The notes under the pieces were generated by a model that was given only the letters and a program-made list of their open reading frames with translations, did no database searches and was not told the DNA's origin. DNA of 64,000 nucleotides, taken from assembly GCA_002499585.1 (NCBI GenBank), contig DAMH01000027.1, forward strand, positions 138,698 to 202,697, written 5' to 3'. A program made the position numbers and the translations under genes. The DNA comes from Euryarchaeota archaeon UBA552. GTDB lineage: Archaea > Thermoplasmatota > Poseidoniia > Poseidoniales > Thalassarchaeaceae. The number at the start of each line of letters is the position of its first letter. Positions within the stretch are counted from its first letter, which is position 1. Of the stretch, positions 63,764 to 64,000 are shown piece by piece.

Positions 63764-64000
63764 ATGCAAGCCCCCCCATTTTCTGCAAAGACACAAAATA
63801 ACGACGATATATCCCTGCAATCTATACTCGGAGAAGGGCAGGGGTTGATACTTTTTTTCTATCCCAAGGACAGTACCCCAGGCTGCACGAAAGAGGCTTG
63901 TGATTTCAGAGACGCATTTGGAGACTTCCGCGATGCAGGATACAAGGTAATCGGAGTTTCCAAAGACTCTTCAAAATCTCATCAAAAATTTATGCAAAAC
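63764..64000 (+). CDS. bcp: Peroxiredoxin Bcp (thiol peroxidase, AhpC/TSA family), 3'-truncated by the window edge
   Basis: My own translation from ATG at 63764 gives MQAPPFSAKTQNNDDISLQSILGEGQGLILFFYPKDSTPGCTKEACDFRDAFGDFRDAGYKVIGVSKDSSKSHQKFMQN. It contains the canonical FYPKDxTPGCT peroxidatic Cys motif. Confidence 0.85.
   Translation, partial: MQAPPFSAKTQNNDDISLQSILGEGQGLILFFYPKDSTPGCTKEACDFRDAFGDFRDAGYKVIGVSKDSSKSHQKFMQN

Noticed and set aside
63584-63820. 78-aa minus-strand ORF between AcnX and bcp
   Set aside because: It overlaps the AcnX 5' end and the bcp start, and it has no motif. The plus-strand Bcp reading with the FYPKDxTPGCT motif explains the region.
1-64000. CRISPR arrays, rRNA genes, long tandem or inverted repeats, prophage or IS elements
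   Set aside because: Reading both strands by eye, I found no repeat-spacer periodicity, no rRNA-like conserved blocks and no transposase or integrase-like ORFs. The only repeats seen are the two hairpin copies and the short (CCA)5 run. An exhaustive computational repeat search was not possible here.

Overview
The window is a gene-dense stretch (about 90% coding) of what looks like an archaeal chromosome. Archaeal markers include archaeosine tRNA-guanine transglycosylase, ABCE1, ribosomal protein eL41, archaeal-type triosephosphate isomerase, CTP-type riboflavin kinase, archaeal NMN adenylyltransferase, a DRG GTPase and a family B DNA polymerase. These are mixed with many bacterial-like or eukaryote-like genes: ExoVII XseAB, GrpE, Kbl, acyl-CoA dehydrogenase and a (6-4) photolyase/cryptochrome. 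This mosaic, plus many secreted peptidases and hydrolases, suggests a planktonic heterotrophic Thermoplasmatota lineage such as Marine Group II/Poseidoniales. That assignment is inference only. I support 62 CDS (two are partial at the window edges), 2 tRNAs (Arg-TCT, Ala-GGC) and a two-copy structured intergenic repeat. I found no rRNA, CRISPR array, transposase or integrase. The most notable items are: (1) three plausible genes below the 60-aa ORF-track cutoff. These are a 21-aa peptide with 9 Cys (metallothionein-like), ribosomal protein eL41 (35 aa), and a 55-aa zinc-ribbon protein coupled to an 89-aa ORF. (2) A PolB2-like family B polymerase with degenerate exonuclease and polymerase motifs, convergent with a RecA/RadB-fold protein that has lost both Walker motifs. 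(3) An operon joining a large surface protein, a FecBCDE/Btu-type ABC importer, a flavodoxin and a HugZ-like protein, which could be a heme-iron acquisition cassette. (4) A fusion of an M28 zinc aminopeptidase to a ZIP zinc permease. (5) A conserved ~65-nt hairpin element present twice, each copy 59 nt from the start codon of a secreted-protein gene. (6) A long minus-strand operon with a duplicated ABC-2 ATPase/permease cassette and a Trp-rich protein. All functional calls rest on motif recognition by eye. No database search was run.
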